Shown: one piece after another, positions 1-8,673 of the stretch
How the letters are laid out: every line of letters begins with the position of its first letter
Position numbering within the stretch: position 1 is the stretch's first letter
DNA from: a virus
Lineage: Duplodnaviria; Caudoviricetes
Virus record (IMG/VR): IMGVR_UViG_3300027071_000001
Location: 1-53,409 of that record
Direction: 5' to 3' (one strand)
Length of the DNA stretch: 53,409 nucleotides
Position numbers and translations under genes: made by a program
Notes under the pieces: model-generated
Database searches by the model: none
Told to the model about the DNA's origin: nothing
What the model saw: only the letters and a program-made list of their open reading frames with translations

Positions 1-352
1 CCAGAGCCACAACCTTACCCACCCCTCGCTCTTGTAGCTCCTGTACGAGACGGGGCCTACAGCAGTGAAGCGCGTTCGCGGAAGGTGTTGCGTTGTCTGG
101 TGGTCTGCAGAGGCACGCGTTCGTGAGTAGGGTGGCTGATCGCTCGATGCCGTAGTGCTCGAGGATTTTGTCGAGGAGCTTACCACTGACCCCCACAAAA
201 GGGTGTCCCAGGCGTGCCTCGTTTGCGCCTGGAGCCTCGCCGACAACGGCAAGCGAGGTCTGCGGTGGTCCGTCGGACGGTACGAAGCGGCCGATATCAT
301 ACAGGTCACACCTTTCGCATTCTGCTGCAGGATGCTTTCTAGTCTTCTCCAC
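1..352 (-). CDS. N-terminal family-4 uracil-DNA-glycosylase-like domain of phage DNA polymerase (partial, runs off left end)
   Basis: Not in the ORF track; manual translation from GTG 352: MEKTRKHPAAECERCDL...VVGEAPGANEARLGHPFVGVSGKLLDKIL...TNACLCRPPDNATPS...HCCRPRL. Contains the GEAPG, PFVG and CRP motifs and the Fe-S cysteines of UDG-F4, as in SPO1-type polymerases. Confidence 0.88.
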   Translation of the reverse strand, partial: MEKTRKHPAAECERCDLYDIGRFVPSDGPPQTSLAVVGEAPGANEARLGHPFVGVSGKLLDKILEHYGIERSATLLTNACLCRPPDNATPSANALHCCRPRLVQELQERGVGKVVAL

Positions 353-1130
353 GAGCCCATGCCTCCATGGTCTCCATGTTACGCCTAACCGTCGGCTCGT
401 AGACGTGGCGGTAGTCGTAGGTGAAGTAGTTCGGAGGTCGTTTGGGATGGATACCGACCTGGCCAACAAGACACTCGTCCATAGCATAGACCCAGGGCGC
501 TCCTGTGTCTATGCTTTCTACTAGCGGTATGTCCTGTGCGATGGTGACGATCTCCTCTGCCCACATCTTGTTGTAGCCGAGCAGGTGAATCCGGTGAGGA
601 GCATGCTCCGTGATGAACGTCGCAAGCCTGTACCTGATCTGAACGTTGATCTCGTCTGTCATCCAGCGCGACAGACCAATCATGATCTCGATCTCGAACT
701 CGTCCTCGAGCGCCTGGTACCCTGCGAGACAGTCCTTGAGCTGCTTCGTGTCTGCGCCTTGCAGCGCACCGAGGAACGTCGGAATCCTGTCGAGCTCGAC
801 GGAGGCCTCGTGCAGACTCCACGTGTGTAGGAAGGCGCGCGACCTGTCTAGCGTGACGTTGAGATCGCACAGCTTGTCCGGGAGTACGACGATGTCGGCG
901 TCTGTCTCGTGGGTGAGATTGATGAGTGCCTCGTTGCTCATCGACATACCTCCCACGCCTTCGTACGCGCCGTTGTCGAGCATGAGCGTGGTACCAGGCT
1001 TCATGCCTATCGTCTGGTACCAATCACGGTACAGCGTGGAGGTCCTGTAGCCCTCCGGTATGCACATGTGCAGTGGCTTGCCGTCGATCATGTGTAGGAA
1101 GCTCGCCGGCGGGATGAATGCTATGTTCAC
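339..1130 (-). CDS. dpdA: TGT-fold DNA guanine transglycosylase (DpdA-like)
   Basis: Ordered TGT motifs LDNG, VLPD, LQG, IHLLG, SIDT; adjacent to que genes. Confidence 0.75.
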   Translation of the reverse strand: MNIAFIPPASFLHMIDGKPLHMCIPEGYRTSTLYRDWYQTIGMKPGTTLMLDNGAYEGVGGMSMSNEALINLTHETDADIVVLPDKLCDLNVTLDRSRAFLHTWSLHEASVELDRIPTFLGALQGADTKQLKDCLAGYQALEDEFEIEIMIGLSRWMTDEINVQIRYRLATFITEHAPHRIHLLGYNKMWAEEIVTIAQDIPLVESIDTGAPWVYAMDECLVGQVGIHPKRPPNYFTYDYRHVYEPTVRRNMETMEAWARGED

Positions 1131-1369
1131 GGTACTTCTCCTTCGGCGATCTTGGCTCGGACTGCTGCGTCCTTGGCCTCGACGAGCCTGTTGATGGCAC
1201 GCGTCAGCTCGGGGTCGTCGGTCTTGACGAGGTGAAGTAGGTTGCTAGCTGTATCTTCGAACAGCTCAGCTACCACTCGTAGGTGCAGCGGAAGATGCGT
1301 ACTGTCGAGCCAGCGACAGGCATCGATGACTGCACGGTGTCGGCCTTCGAGAAGTGACTTGTCGATCAT
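1127..1369 (-). CDS. small helical-hairpin protein (possible Acb2/Tad1-like)
   Basis: 80 aa, HLPLHL...F...PELTRAINRLVEAKDAAVRA; overlaps its neighbours by 4 nt. Confidence 0.5.
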   Translation of the reverse strand: MIDKSLLEGRHRAVIDACRWLDSTHLPLHLRVVAELFEDTASNLLHLVKTDDPELTRAINRLVEAKDAAVRAKIAEGEVP

Positions 1370-1665
1370 GATTGGAACATCTCCTTGAATGAGATGAAGC
1401 CTTGCGTGTCGGTGCGAGGGTCCTTGGCTGCGAGCCTGTTCGTTGCCCTCTGCAGCAGGTAGAGCTTGATGTAGATGAACCTAGCATAGTTAGCCAGGTC
1501 CAGAGCTTCGTTCATCGCCTCCTCGACGGTGTCGATCTCGAGGAACTTGAGCGGTCCGTACTTGTCTTCGCCTAGCTCCATGCGTGCTACGCTTCCGTGG
1601 ATGAACGCCTCATCGGCATCTGCTAGGGCTTCCTGGACGACTTCCTTCATTGATCCTTCTGACAT
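1366..1665 (-). CDS. all-alpha NTP pyrophosphohydrolase-like protein
   Basis: R..GEDKYG...EEAMNEALDLANY acidic helix motif; nucleotide-metabolism context. Confidence 0.55.
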   Translation of the reverse strand: MSEGSMKEVVQEALADADEAFIHGSVARMELGEDKYGPLKFLEIDTVEEAMNEALDLANYARFIYIKLYLLQRATNRLAAKDPRTDTQGFISFKEMFQS

Positions 1666-1666
1666 T

Positions 1667-2080
1667 TCACGTGCCTCTCTTGTTCAGGACTGCTAGTCTG
1701 TTTCGTAGTTCCGCTTGCGCCTTCCCTGTGTTGAAAGTGGATTCTCCTATCATCGAGTGGCGCCTCCTAAGGCCTAGAAGCGCTATGGCTATTTCGGCTT
1801 GCTCCTTCTTCGTCTTCATATGAACGACTATCCTAGGTAGAATGTCGCGCATTTGATCTGCACTTGGCTTCCAGCGGAAGCTGGCTTTGTATCCTGCCTT
1901 CACCCTCTCCGCATGGAAGTAGCCACCGAACGTTTGTTGTAGCCACTCTACCGTAGGTCTGTGCGTCATAGCTACAGACATGCCAACTGTATAGTACTCG
2001 TCGCGAGAATGCCAGCAGCCTATGGAGCCTTCACCGTCTACGAGACCTGCCAGGTAGGCGTAGTCGAGCTCAGATGCCAC
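1667..2080 (-). mobile_element. free-standing single-motif LAGLIDADG homing endonuclease
   Basis: YLAGLVDGEGSI, ...LQQTFGG..., TKKEQA. Confidence 0.9.
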
Positions 2081-2636
2081 TGTTTCGCACCGCCTGAAAG
2101 AACTCGGCTTTAGCTGTACGCTCGTGTATATTGAACACGCCGCGCATAACTGCTGTGTAGGTAGTTGTGCCTGGAGCCTGAACTCCGCGAATGGTCATGC
2201 AGAGGTGCTCACACTCCATGACTACAGCTACATCGTCCGTCTCGAGCTGCTTCTCCAGCTCGTCTGCGATCTCCGTCGTGAGCTCCTCCTGCACGCACAG
2301 TTTCCGAGCGCAATTCTGCGCCAGCCTAGGTATCTTCGATAGGCCTACGATGAGGTTCTGTGGAATGTAACCTACGTGGGCGTACCCGCGGAATGGGACG
2401 ACGTGGTGAGCACAGAGGCTGATGATCGGGATCTGCTTGACGACGATCATGTCCCTGCTCGTAGCTGGGAACGTTCTGAAGTCGAAGGGAACAGGGGTCG
2501 TCAGCTCCTTCAGCATCTTCAGGAAGCGCTCTGGCGTGCGATCGGAGTGAGGGCTGTTCGGATTCATTCCAGCTACGTTGGTCAGAATCCTCTTGGCCTC
2601 GTCGGCGTACCAGGTTGGGTCTCCTCTATCGCTCAT
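2070..2636 (-). CDS. folE: GTP cyclohydrolase I
   Basis: TPERF, SLCAHHVVPF, GLSKIPR, QEELT, HLCMTIRG. Confidence 0.96.
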   Translation of the reverse strand: MSDRGDPTWYADEAKRILTNVAGMNPNSPHSDRTPERFLKMLKELTTPVPFDFRTFPATSRDMIVVKQIPIISLCAHHVVPFRGYAHVGYIPQNLIVGLSKIPRLAQNCARKLCVQEELTTEIADELEKQLETDDVAVVMECEHLCMTIRGVQAPGTTTYTAVMRGVFNIHERTAKAEFFQAVRNSGI

Positions 2637-3346
2637 GTTCCCCTCACTTGTGCTCCGTAGACGTAGTTATGGACTTGGACGTTGAGTCGCCAAGGCACCT
2701 TGTGCTTCTTGATGAGATCGACGACTGCCTCAGGCGTCATCATGTCCCAGACAGGACCGACGAAGACAGGGACGTCTGAGTCCTGAACGACTACGTTCCA
2801 GACGTCCATGGCGACGTCGAAGTCTGCTTCGTTGGCGATAGTGAACTTGACAGCTCCTCCATACGTAGCCATCTGCGTTAGGTTGCGTGATCGCGAAGCG
2901 ACCCAGGTCTTCTCGCCCGAACCGGGAAGCTTCCAGTCCATAACGAGCTGCATGCCCATCAGGAAGACTTCGGCAGGCACTTCGAACGTGCCGTTGGTGA
3001 AAGCCTCAGTCGTCCATGGGGCAGCATGCGACTCGAACATGGTACGGAGAAGATGAATGATCCCCACGTGCGGCTGGAGGAAAGGCTCGCCACCTGTGAA
3101 GCAGATGTTAGCCGCGCCAGTCTCCTTCCGCATCTTATCGATGTCGGCTGCTAGTTCCCACGGGCGTCGCGGGTACTGCTCCTCGCGGTACAGCTTCGGA
3201 TCGATTGCGAACTGGGAGTCGCAAGGCCATAGGGCGCACTTGAGATTGCACCCAGCGAAGCGTACGAACTGGGTTAGGGTACCGACACGCGGACCTTCGC
3301 CCTGAGTGCTGACATAATGCTCGACGAGTCTGAGGGACGTATTCAT
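2633..3346 (-). CDS. queE: 7-carboxy-7-deazaguanine synthase (radical SAM)
   Basis: STQGEG, FVRFAGCNLKC..PCDS, TGGEP, TNG, QVHNY. Confidence 0.93.
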   Translation of the reverse strand: MNTSLRLVEHYVSTQGEGPRVGTLTQFVRFAGCNLKCALWPCDSQFAIDPKLYREEQYPRRPWELAADIDKMRKETGAANICFTGGEPFLQPHVGIIHLLRTMFESHAAPWTTEAFTNGTFEVPAEVFLMGMQLVMDWKLPGSGEKTWVASRSRNLTQMATYGGAVKFTIANEADFDVAMDVWNVVVQDSDVPVFVGPVWDMMTPEAVVDLIKKHKVPWRLNVQVHNYVYGAQVRGT

Positions 3347-3729
3347 GTTGCACCGTCATAACTAGCCCAAGTCTTCTCCGTCTCCGAGATGTGGAGTACC
3401 AAGCCGTAGCTCTCGTGAATGGCTCTGAGCTCGTGATCGATGGAGCTGTGTACGCGATCCCAGAGCCACCTGGCGATGTTCTCGGCCGTCGGGTTGAACT
3501 CGAGTACGTCGTTCAGGCACGTGTGATCGAGCATCTCGTCGATGCCCTGCTTGAGACCATCGAGCTTTCGGTAGTCGAGTACGAAGCCGATCTTGTCGAC
3601 GTCTGTCGTGTCGATCTCGATCTTGACGCGGTAGTTGTGTCCGTGTAGCTGTGAGCACGGATGTGTAGGCGGTAGGCCCTGAAGGTAGTGAGCAGCGGAA
3701 AAGCTGAACTCCTTCATGATGCTATACAT
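3343..3729 (-). CDS. queD: 6-carboxytetrahydropterin synthase
   Basis: FSAAH, CSQLHGHNY, LDH, PTAENIA, ETEK. Confidence 0.96.
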   Translation of the reverse strand: MYSIMKEFSFSAAHYLQGLPPTHPCSQLHGHNYRVKIEIDTTDVDKIGFVLDYRKLDGLKQGIDEMLDHTCLNDVLEFNPTAENIARWLWDRVHSSIDHELRAIHESYGLVLHISETEKTWASYDGAT

Positions 3730-4147
3730 CGGCCTGCTCCCTAACGTATCTCGCGTCGTGCGTCTCTCTCGTTCTGGACGGATTCGTTCTCCTGTTGAGT
3801 TCCTGAATTCTGAGTCGGAGAGCTACGCGCTCGTTGCACATAGAGTTCTCGGGAGGTCGGCTCTGTAGCTCTATTCCTACGCGTGCCACTTCTTCCTTTA
3901 TGATCAGGAAGGGTAGGATATGCTCCAGAAATGTTCTGGCCTTTCTAGTTGAGAGAGTCAGTGTGTAGGAGCCGCTTGGTCTTTGTGAGATCGAGCCCCC
4001 GAATTGCTCCTGTATAGACTCTAGTACAGGCAGGTGGCTATTAGCGATGGTCGTCGTCAGGTAGCCACCTGAGCTCCTTCCGTTGGTACTAACACAGCCT
4101 TCGCCGTCGAAGAAGCCTGCGAGGTATTCGGGGCTTAGCGATTGCAT
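3722..4147 (-). mobile_element. free-standing single-motif LAGLIDADG homing endonuclease
   Basis: YLAGFFDGEGCV, IQEQFGG, ILPFLIIK. Confidence 0.9.
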
Positions 4148-4851
4148 GCTGTCCTCCAGAATTCCGTATCCGCGTATACCGTTTTGTCATCGACCTTTGC
4201 GTCGTGTAGAGCTTCGAGCCTTTCGCAGCATGTGCCGCACCGTCCGCAGTGGATGTCTCGGCCTTGGTAGCAAGACCAGGTGAGATGCACAGGAACTTTG
4301 AGCTCTGCTGCTATTTGGGCGATGACCGTCTTGGTCACCTCGATGAAGGGAAGTTCGAAGTGCCAATCGTCGGCGATGAAGCCTCGGTTCGCGACGCGGA
4401 CGGTGTCACCCAGTATGTTCCAGAAGGCCGGACGACAGTCGGGGTAGATAGCCGCGTCGCCGTTGTGAGGCGCCGCTGCGACGTAGTGACCACCCTCGGC
4501 GATGCAGATGCCAGTGGCGAGCGACGCCATGATCATGTTGCGGTTCGGAACGACTGTCGCCTTCATCGTATTCGCGGCGTAGTGGCCTTCGGGTACAGCG
4601 ACGTTCACGTTGACGAGCGATGAGTTCGACTCGCGAATGGCGTCTCCGTAGTCGACGAGCCGTATGAGCGTCCACTGGAAATCGAACCTGTCGGCAGCTG
4701 CACCTGCGAAGTCGAGCTCCTTGACGTGGCGTTGTCCGTACTCGAACGACACCACGTGCGGCTTGTAACCACGGCGAGCCAGATAGTGCAGCATCGTGAC
4801 ACTGTCGAGTCCACCGCTAACGATTGCGACTCCTCGCGAAGCCTCGGTCAT
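4135..4851 (-). CDS. queC: 7-cyano-7-deazaguanine (preQ0) synthase
   Basis: SGGLDS, YGQRH, VPNRN, YPDCR, TWSCY, CGRCGTCCER; start taken as ATG 4851 (ATGA overlap, GGAG SD). Confidence 0.96.
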   Translation of the reverse strand: MTEASRGVAIVSGGLDSVTMLHYLARRGYKPHVVSFEYGQRHVKELDFAGAAADRFDFQWTLIRLVDYGDAIRESNSSLVNVNVAVPEGHYAANTMKATVVPNRNMIMASLATGICIAEGGHYVAAAPHNGDAAIYPDCRPAFWNILGDTVRVANRGFIADDWHFELPFIEVTKTVIAQIAAELKVPVHLTWSCYQGRDIHCGRCGTCCERLEALHDAKVDDKTVYADTEFWRTACNR

Positions 4852-7013
4852 GACTCCTCCTTCTCCAAGAGACTGTTGTATGTAACTGCTCTTCCTTCGC
4901 CACCCTTGGCGATCAGGCCACGGGCGATCAACGTCTTTTCGATGTCGTCCATCTCCCTCGCCGTGAGGTGGTAAGTCTGCATGAGTTTCGAACGAGGGAA
5001 GCTCCTCTTCCTTTGGATGGCGTGCAGGATGATTTCGATCTTGTGCTCGAGTGGACCCTTGCCAACGTTGACGATTATATCCTGAGCATAACGTCGCCAT
5101 ACGTCGCCATAGGCTGCGGCCCGCACGATGTCTATCTCCTCAACAACCACAGGGCCTTCGAGACACCTCGACGCAGCAAGCAGCATCGCGGCCTTGAGTA
5201 TTGAGGTAGCAAGACGGACGTACATAGGCACCATCGTTACGCGCAACTCTTCTCCGCTATCGACTCCTAGTTGCGTCAGAGTCTGCTCCACCTCGTTATA
5301 ACGAGCCCACGCTCTCTCCGTCATTTTGACTTCGACTGGTGCAGCTTGTACGCCGACGACTTTGCCTTTGAACGTGACTGCCTCGGTGTGCTCGTGAGCC
5401 TGAGCGATCTGCCTCATCTCTGCCAGTATACGGTCTCTACCTTCTAGGTTCGTCTCCTCTGGCGGACCAAGCGGGCGGACCTTAGATGGGTCGCTCTCTG
5501 CTGTGATGAAGACGAACCTAGGCATGAAGCCTGATTCGATGTCTTCCGTGTCGACTAGTCGCTGCATCTTCGTCTTGATACCGCCTGCGAAGAGAACTAG
5601 GCGTGGATCACGAATGACGATCTCTTCCTTCCGCAGCAGCCGCTTCTGTGTTCTTCCGTCGTACAGCTTCGTCAGGAACTCTTTCATTCCTGACATGTAG
5701 TCCTTTCTGTTCATTTGGTCCATGAAGCCCGTGAACTCGTCGCGAAGGAATAGACTCACTCTTCCTGGTCTCGTCGCCAGTGCCTGCATGAAGCCTTCTA
5801 CCGACCCGTCTGTCGCTAGCAGAAGGTCCTCGTCAATCTCCAGCACTAGATCCATCGCTAGATCCATCGCTGTCGACTTCCTCGTCAAGGTCGTATCCGC
5901 TAGAATCATGAACCAGAGGTTCGGCTGTATAGACCCATATCGGGTGAGTAGCTTGACAGAACCAGCAAGGAGACTGGACAATGCAGTAAACGCGCCAGCT
6001 TCGTGATACTGAATCGCGGCGTCGCCTACTGTTTTCGCCCACTCTACGTACCTCTCTATGAACGAGGGCTCTGAGTTGATCAGGGCTCGCTCGGCCGATG
6101 TGACGAGCGCCAGCTCAGTTCCAGGTGGAAGTGTTGCTTGACGAGCCTGGTCCTTGTGACGAGACTGAGCTCGACATACGTCCTTCCAAAGTCGTATATG
6201 GTTGTCTGCGAACTTGTTGCAAGCCGCGTCCCGACACACTTGAAATACTTCCGATAGCTGAAGTCCAGCTTCCAGACAGTACATTTCCAACCTGAAGAGT
6301 GCCGAGCTTCTGTCTGTCTCTGGCTCCCTGTGGAAAAGCGTGAATGCGGCTCCGTTGATGCGGTATCTGTTTCGCTCAAGGATCTCTTCACCCTTTTCCG
6401 GTATGAAGTCGGGGAACGGTATGTCTAGGTATTCGTATCCTGCAACTTGATCGTAGCGATCACGGAATACCTCAAGGGGCTGTACGTCATCGTTCCAGTC
6501 CAGGACTCGAACTTTAGGCGCCTCCGCTCCTTGCCCGTACTTGTAGTTTCGAGTACCAGGAATCCGGAGTAGCTGTGTGAGGTCCCATCCACTTCGATCA
6601 CTGCCGTCACCGGAATGGTAATAAGCGATCCGACGTGATATGTCCTCAGCATCTTCTGGATCTGTTGGTTCATCCAGAGTCCAGAGCGCTTGGTAGCGTC
6701 CAGGACTTGTCTCATACGCGATCGAGGGCTGCACCAGTAGATGGCGAGGATGACACTCGTCAAGGTCAGCCCAAATACTGCCCACCTGGCCCACATTTGT
6801 CTTGACTCGCCTCCTTTCCCTTAGTAGTTGAGGGCAGAAGTATGCGTTCTCCGTAAGCGACCGGGATCGTACCAGGCTGACAGCTCTCTCGACGTCGTCA
6901 GGATACGGGAAGAACTGCTCGTCGAACTTGCCCTCAGGTCTGCGAAAGGCTACGCACATGTATCCAGTTGTTTCTCCGTATGCTGTTGCGAAGAAGTCAG
7001 CCAATCCTGCCAT
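4848..7013 (-). CDS. DNA primase (RepB/AEP type) fused to helicase-like domain
   Basis: WADLD, ETSPGRYQALW, LLRIPGT; C-terminal RKST...RDEF...LYDG...GFMPRF. Confidence 0.85.
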   Translation of the reverse strand: MAGLADFFATAYGETTGYMCVAFRRPEGKFDEQFFPYPDDVERAVSLVRSRSLTENAYFCPQLLRERRRVKTNVGQVGSIWADLDECHPRHLLVQPSIAYETSPGRYQALWTLDEPTDPEDAEDISRRIAYYHSGDGSDRSGWDLTQLLRIPGTRNYKYGQGAEAPKVRVLDWNDDVQPLEVFRDRYDQVAGYEYLDIPFPDFIPEKGEEILERNRYRINGAAFTLFHREPETDRSSALFRLEMYCLEAGLQLSEVFQVCRDAACNKFADNHIRLWKDVCRAQSRHKDQARQATLPPGTELALVTSAERALINSEPSFIERYVEWAKTVGDAAIQYHEAGAFTALSSLLAGSVKLLTRYGSIQPNLWFMILADTTLTRKSTAMDLAMDLVLEIDEDLLLATDGSVEGFMQALATRPGRVSLFLRDEFTGFMDQMNRKDYMSGMKEFLTKLYDGRTQKRLLRKEEIVIRDPRLVLFAGGIKTKMQRLVDTEDIESGFMPRFVFITAESDPSKVRPLGPPEETNLEGRDRILAEMRQIAQAHEHTEAVTFKGKVVGVQAAPVEVKMTERAWARYNEVEQTLTQLGVDSGEELRVTMVPMYVRLATSILKAAMLLAASRCLEGPVVVEEIDIVRAAAYGDVWRRYAQDIIVNVGKGPLEHKIEIILHAIQRKRSFPRSKLMQTYHLTAREMDDIEKTLIARGLIAKGGEGRAVTYNSLLEKEES

Positions 7014-7131
7014 GCTATAAGACTCCCGCTAACTGATTAGGGGGTGAGGTAGCAGTCCCGTCCACGCGCCCGTCTGCTGGAAAACGGAGTAATGACTGCC
7101 TTTACCGGCACGTCGACCCCACCCGGCTCGG

Positions 7132-7629
7132 TTACGGAAGGATGCTCGAGGTCTTCTTGGGACCTGCCGCAGGAGTGCCTGATTGCTGGCCCTCGCGGTA
7201 AGGTGCGAAGCCTCGGACTTCGATCCAGGACATTGGATCGTCCTCGGGGTTCTCCGCCTTGGCCTTCTTGTTCACGCCTCGGCGGGCCATGACGTGACGT
7301 CCGATGTACATCTCGGGCGCGTCCGGGATGTTGAGTTCGCCGCCCTTGAACGACTCCTCGTAGAGGCCGAGCGCCTTGAGCAGATTGATGATCGTGTAGA
7401 GCGCGCCCGACCAGCAGCACGCGGTCCACTTCATCTCTCGGTCGGCGTACTGGCCGTCCTGTACGGCGGCGGTGAACTTGAGGAGTGGCTTGCCGGGGTT
7501 GGCTTCGGACTGTGAATCCGCTGCCTCGACCTCGGTAATGACGACGTGATACGACCCTGAGGGAAGATAGCCAGATCCGTCGCCGGAGGAGGCTTCCCGC
7601 TCTGATACGGTATTGACTTTGATTGCCAT
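7132..7629 (-). CDS. single-stranded DNA-binding protein (DUF669-like)
   Basis: LPSGSYHVVITEVE, GKP.LKF, DGQY; next to Sak4-like ATPase. Confidence 0.7.
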   Translation of the reverse strand: MAIKVNTVSEREASSGDGSGYLPSGSYHVVITEVEAADSQSEANPGKPLLKFTAAVQDGQYADREMKWTACCWSGALYTIINLLKALGLYEESFKGGELNIPDAPEMYIGRHVMARRGVNKKAKAENPEDDPMSWIEVRGFAPYREGQQSGTPAAGPKKTSSILP

Positions 7630-7650
7630 GACTTGTACCTTGTACCTTTG

Positions 7651-8673
7651 CTACTTGTGAATGAGTTCGAAGATGTCGTTCATGTTTGGACTCTGCACGA
7701 CGAGAGGAAGGTTGCCTGAGCGGTCCTTCGTCACGTATCCCTCTAGCGCGCCCGTCAGCAGCATCCTTCGGATTTCGGTTGGTCTTGTTTCGTCGCCTGG
7801 GTCTCCTTGCTTGGTGTAGAGATACATGACCTGGTCAAACAGGCCCGCCACCTGATTGGCCAGTTTACCGGGCAGGTCAGGACGCTTCCACATAACGCCC
7901 TGATTGTCCCGCTCGGTAGTCTCGTGACAGAGGAAGATGAAGTTCATGGGGAGGTCGCGGAAGAGCCTCAGGTACTTCCTCATACGGTTGGTTGACGCGC
8001 CCCAGTCGTGCAGACCGGGAACGTCTGGGTCGCGATCAGGATGGGCTGAGAGGGTACGCCTCATGACCCAGTCCATGTTGATCTTCTGTAGCTCGGTTCC
8101 GGTGTCGATTACGGCCGTCCGGAAGTCGGGCAGGTCGCTGGAGTTGTAGCACTGGCGATCGAGCTCGTCGTAGACGGCCTCGAACTGCTCCCAGGTAATG
8201 GAGCCTTGCGCCTCGGGGTCAGGAATGATCTGGATGTTCTCCTCGGCGAGCAACTTGGTCAGCGTCGAGGCTCCTGCCTCCGCGTTGATGTAGAGCAACG
8301 GTGCTAGGTGCCTTGAGGCTGCACCTGTACCTGCCAGGTGCGTCTTGCCTGATCCAGGTAGACCGTAGATCATTGTGTTGACGTACGGCTTGATCTGTAC
8401 TACAGGCGCGATTGGAATGCCTGCGAACACCCTTCGCGTCGGAGCTGGAAGAGCGGGTTCGCTCTCCAGCTTCTCGTGCAGGTCCCTGTTCAGGGCTACC
8501 TGCGGGTGCTCAACTATCTCAGGTTCGCCAGCCTCCACGTCTGGCGGCACATAGTCTGTCTCGACATGTACCGTTTTATCGAACTCGAAGTCGTCCTCCT
8601 CGCCTTCCCCTTCGCTCCCAGTGAGACCTGCAGCAGCTGCTTCGTCGCTTGCACGGCCGTAGTCGTCGCCCAT
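7651..8673 (-). CDS. Sak4-like AAA ATPase recombinase
   Basis: YGLPGSGKT, NAEAG, VIDTGT, DWG, LCHE, KDR. Confidence 0.85.
   Translation of the reverse strand: MGDDYGRASDEAAAAGLTGSEGEGEEDDFEFDKTVHVETDYVPPDVEAGEPEIVEHPQVALNRDLHEKLESEPALPAPTRRVFAGIPIAPVVQIKPYVNTMIYGLPGSGKTHLAGTGAASRHLAPLLYINAEAGASTLTKLLAEENIQIIPDPEAQGSITWEQFEAVYDELDRQCYNSSDLPDFRTAVIDTGTELQKINMDWVMRRTLSAHPDRDPDVPGLHDWGASTNRMRKYLRLFRDLPMNFIFLCHETTERDNQGVMWKRPDLPGKLANQVAGLFDQVMYLYTKQGDPGDETRPTEIRRMLLTGALEGYVTKDRSGNLPLVVQSPNMNDIFELIHK

Noticed and set aside
4852-5100. Extended QueC N-terminus in the ORF track
   Set aside because: Overlaps primase by 250 nt; the SD and ATGA coupling point to 4851
7020-7125. preQ1 riboswitch
   Set aside because: No recognisable class I loop or A-rich tail consensus; kept only as a generic structure
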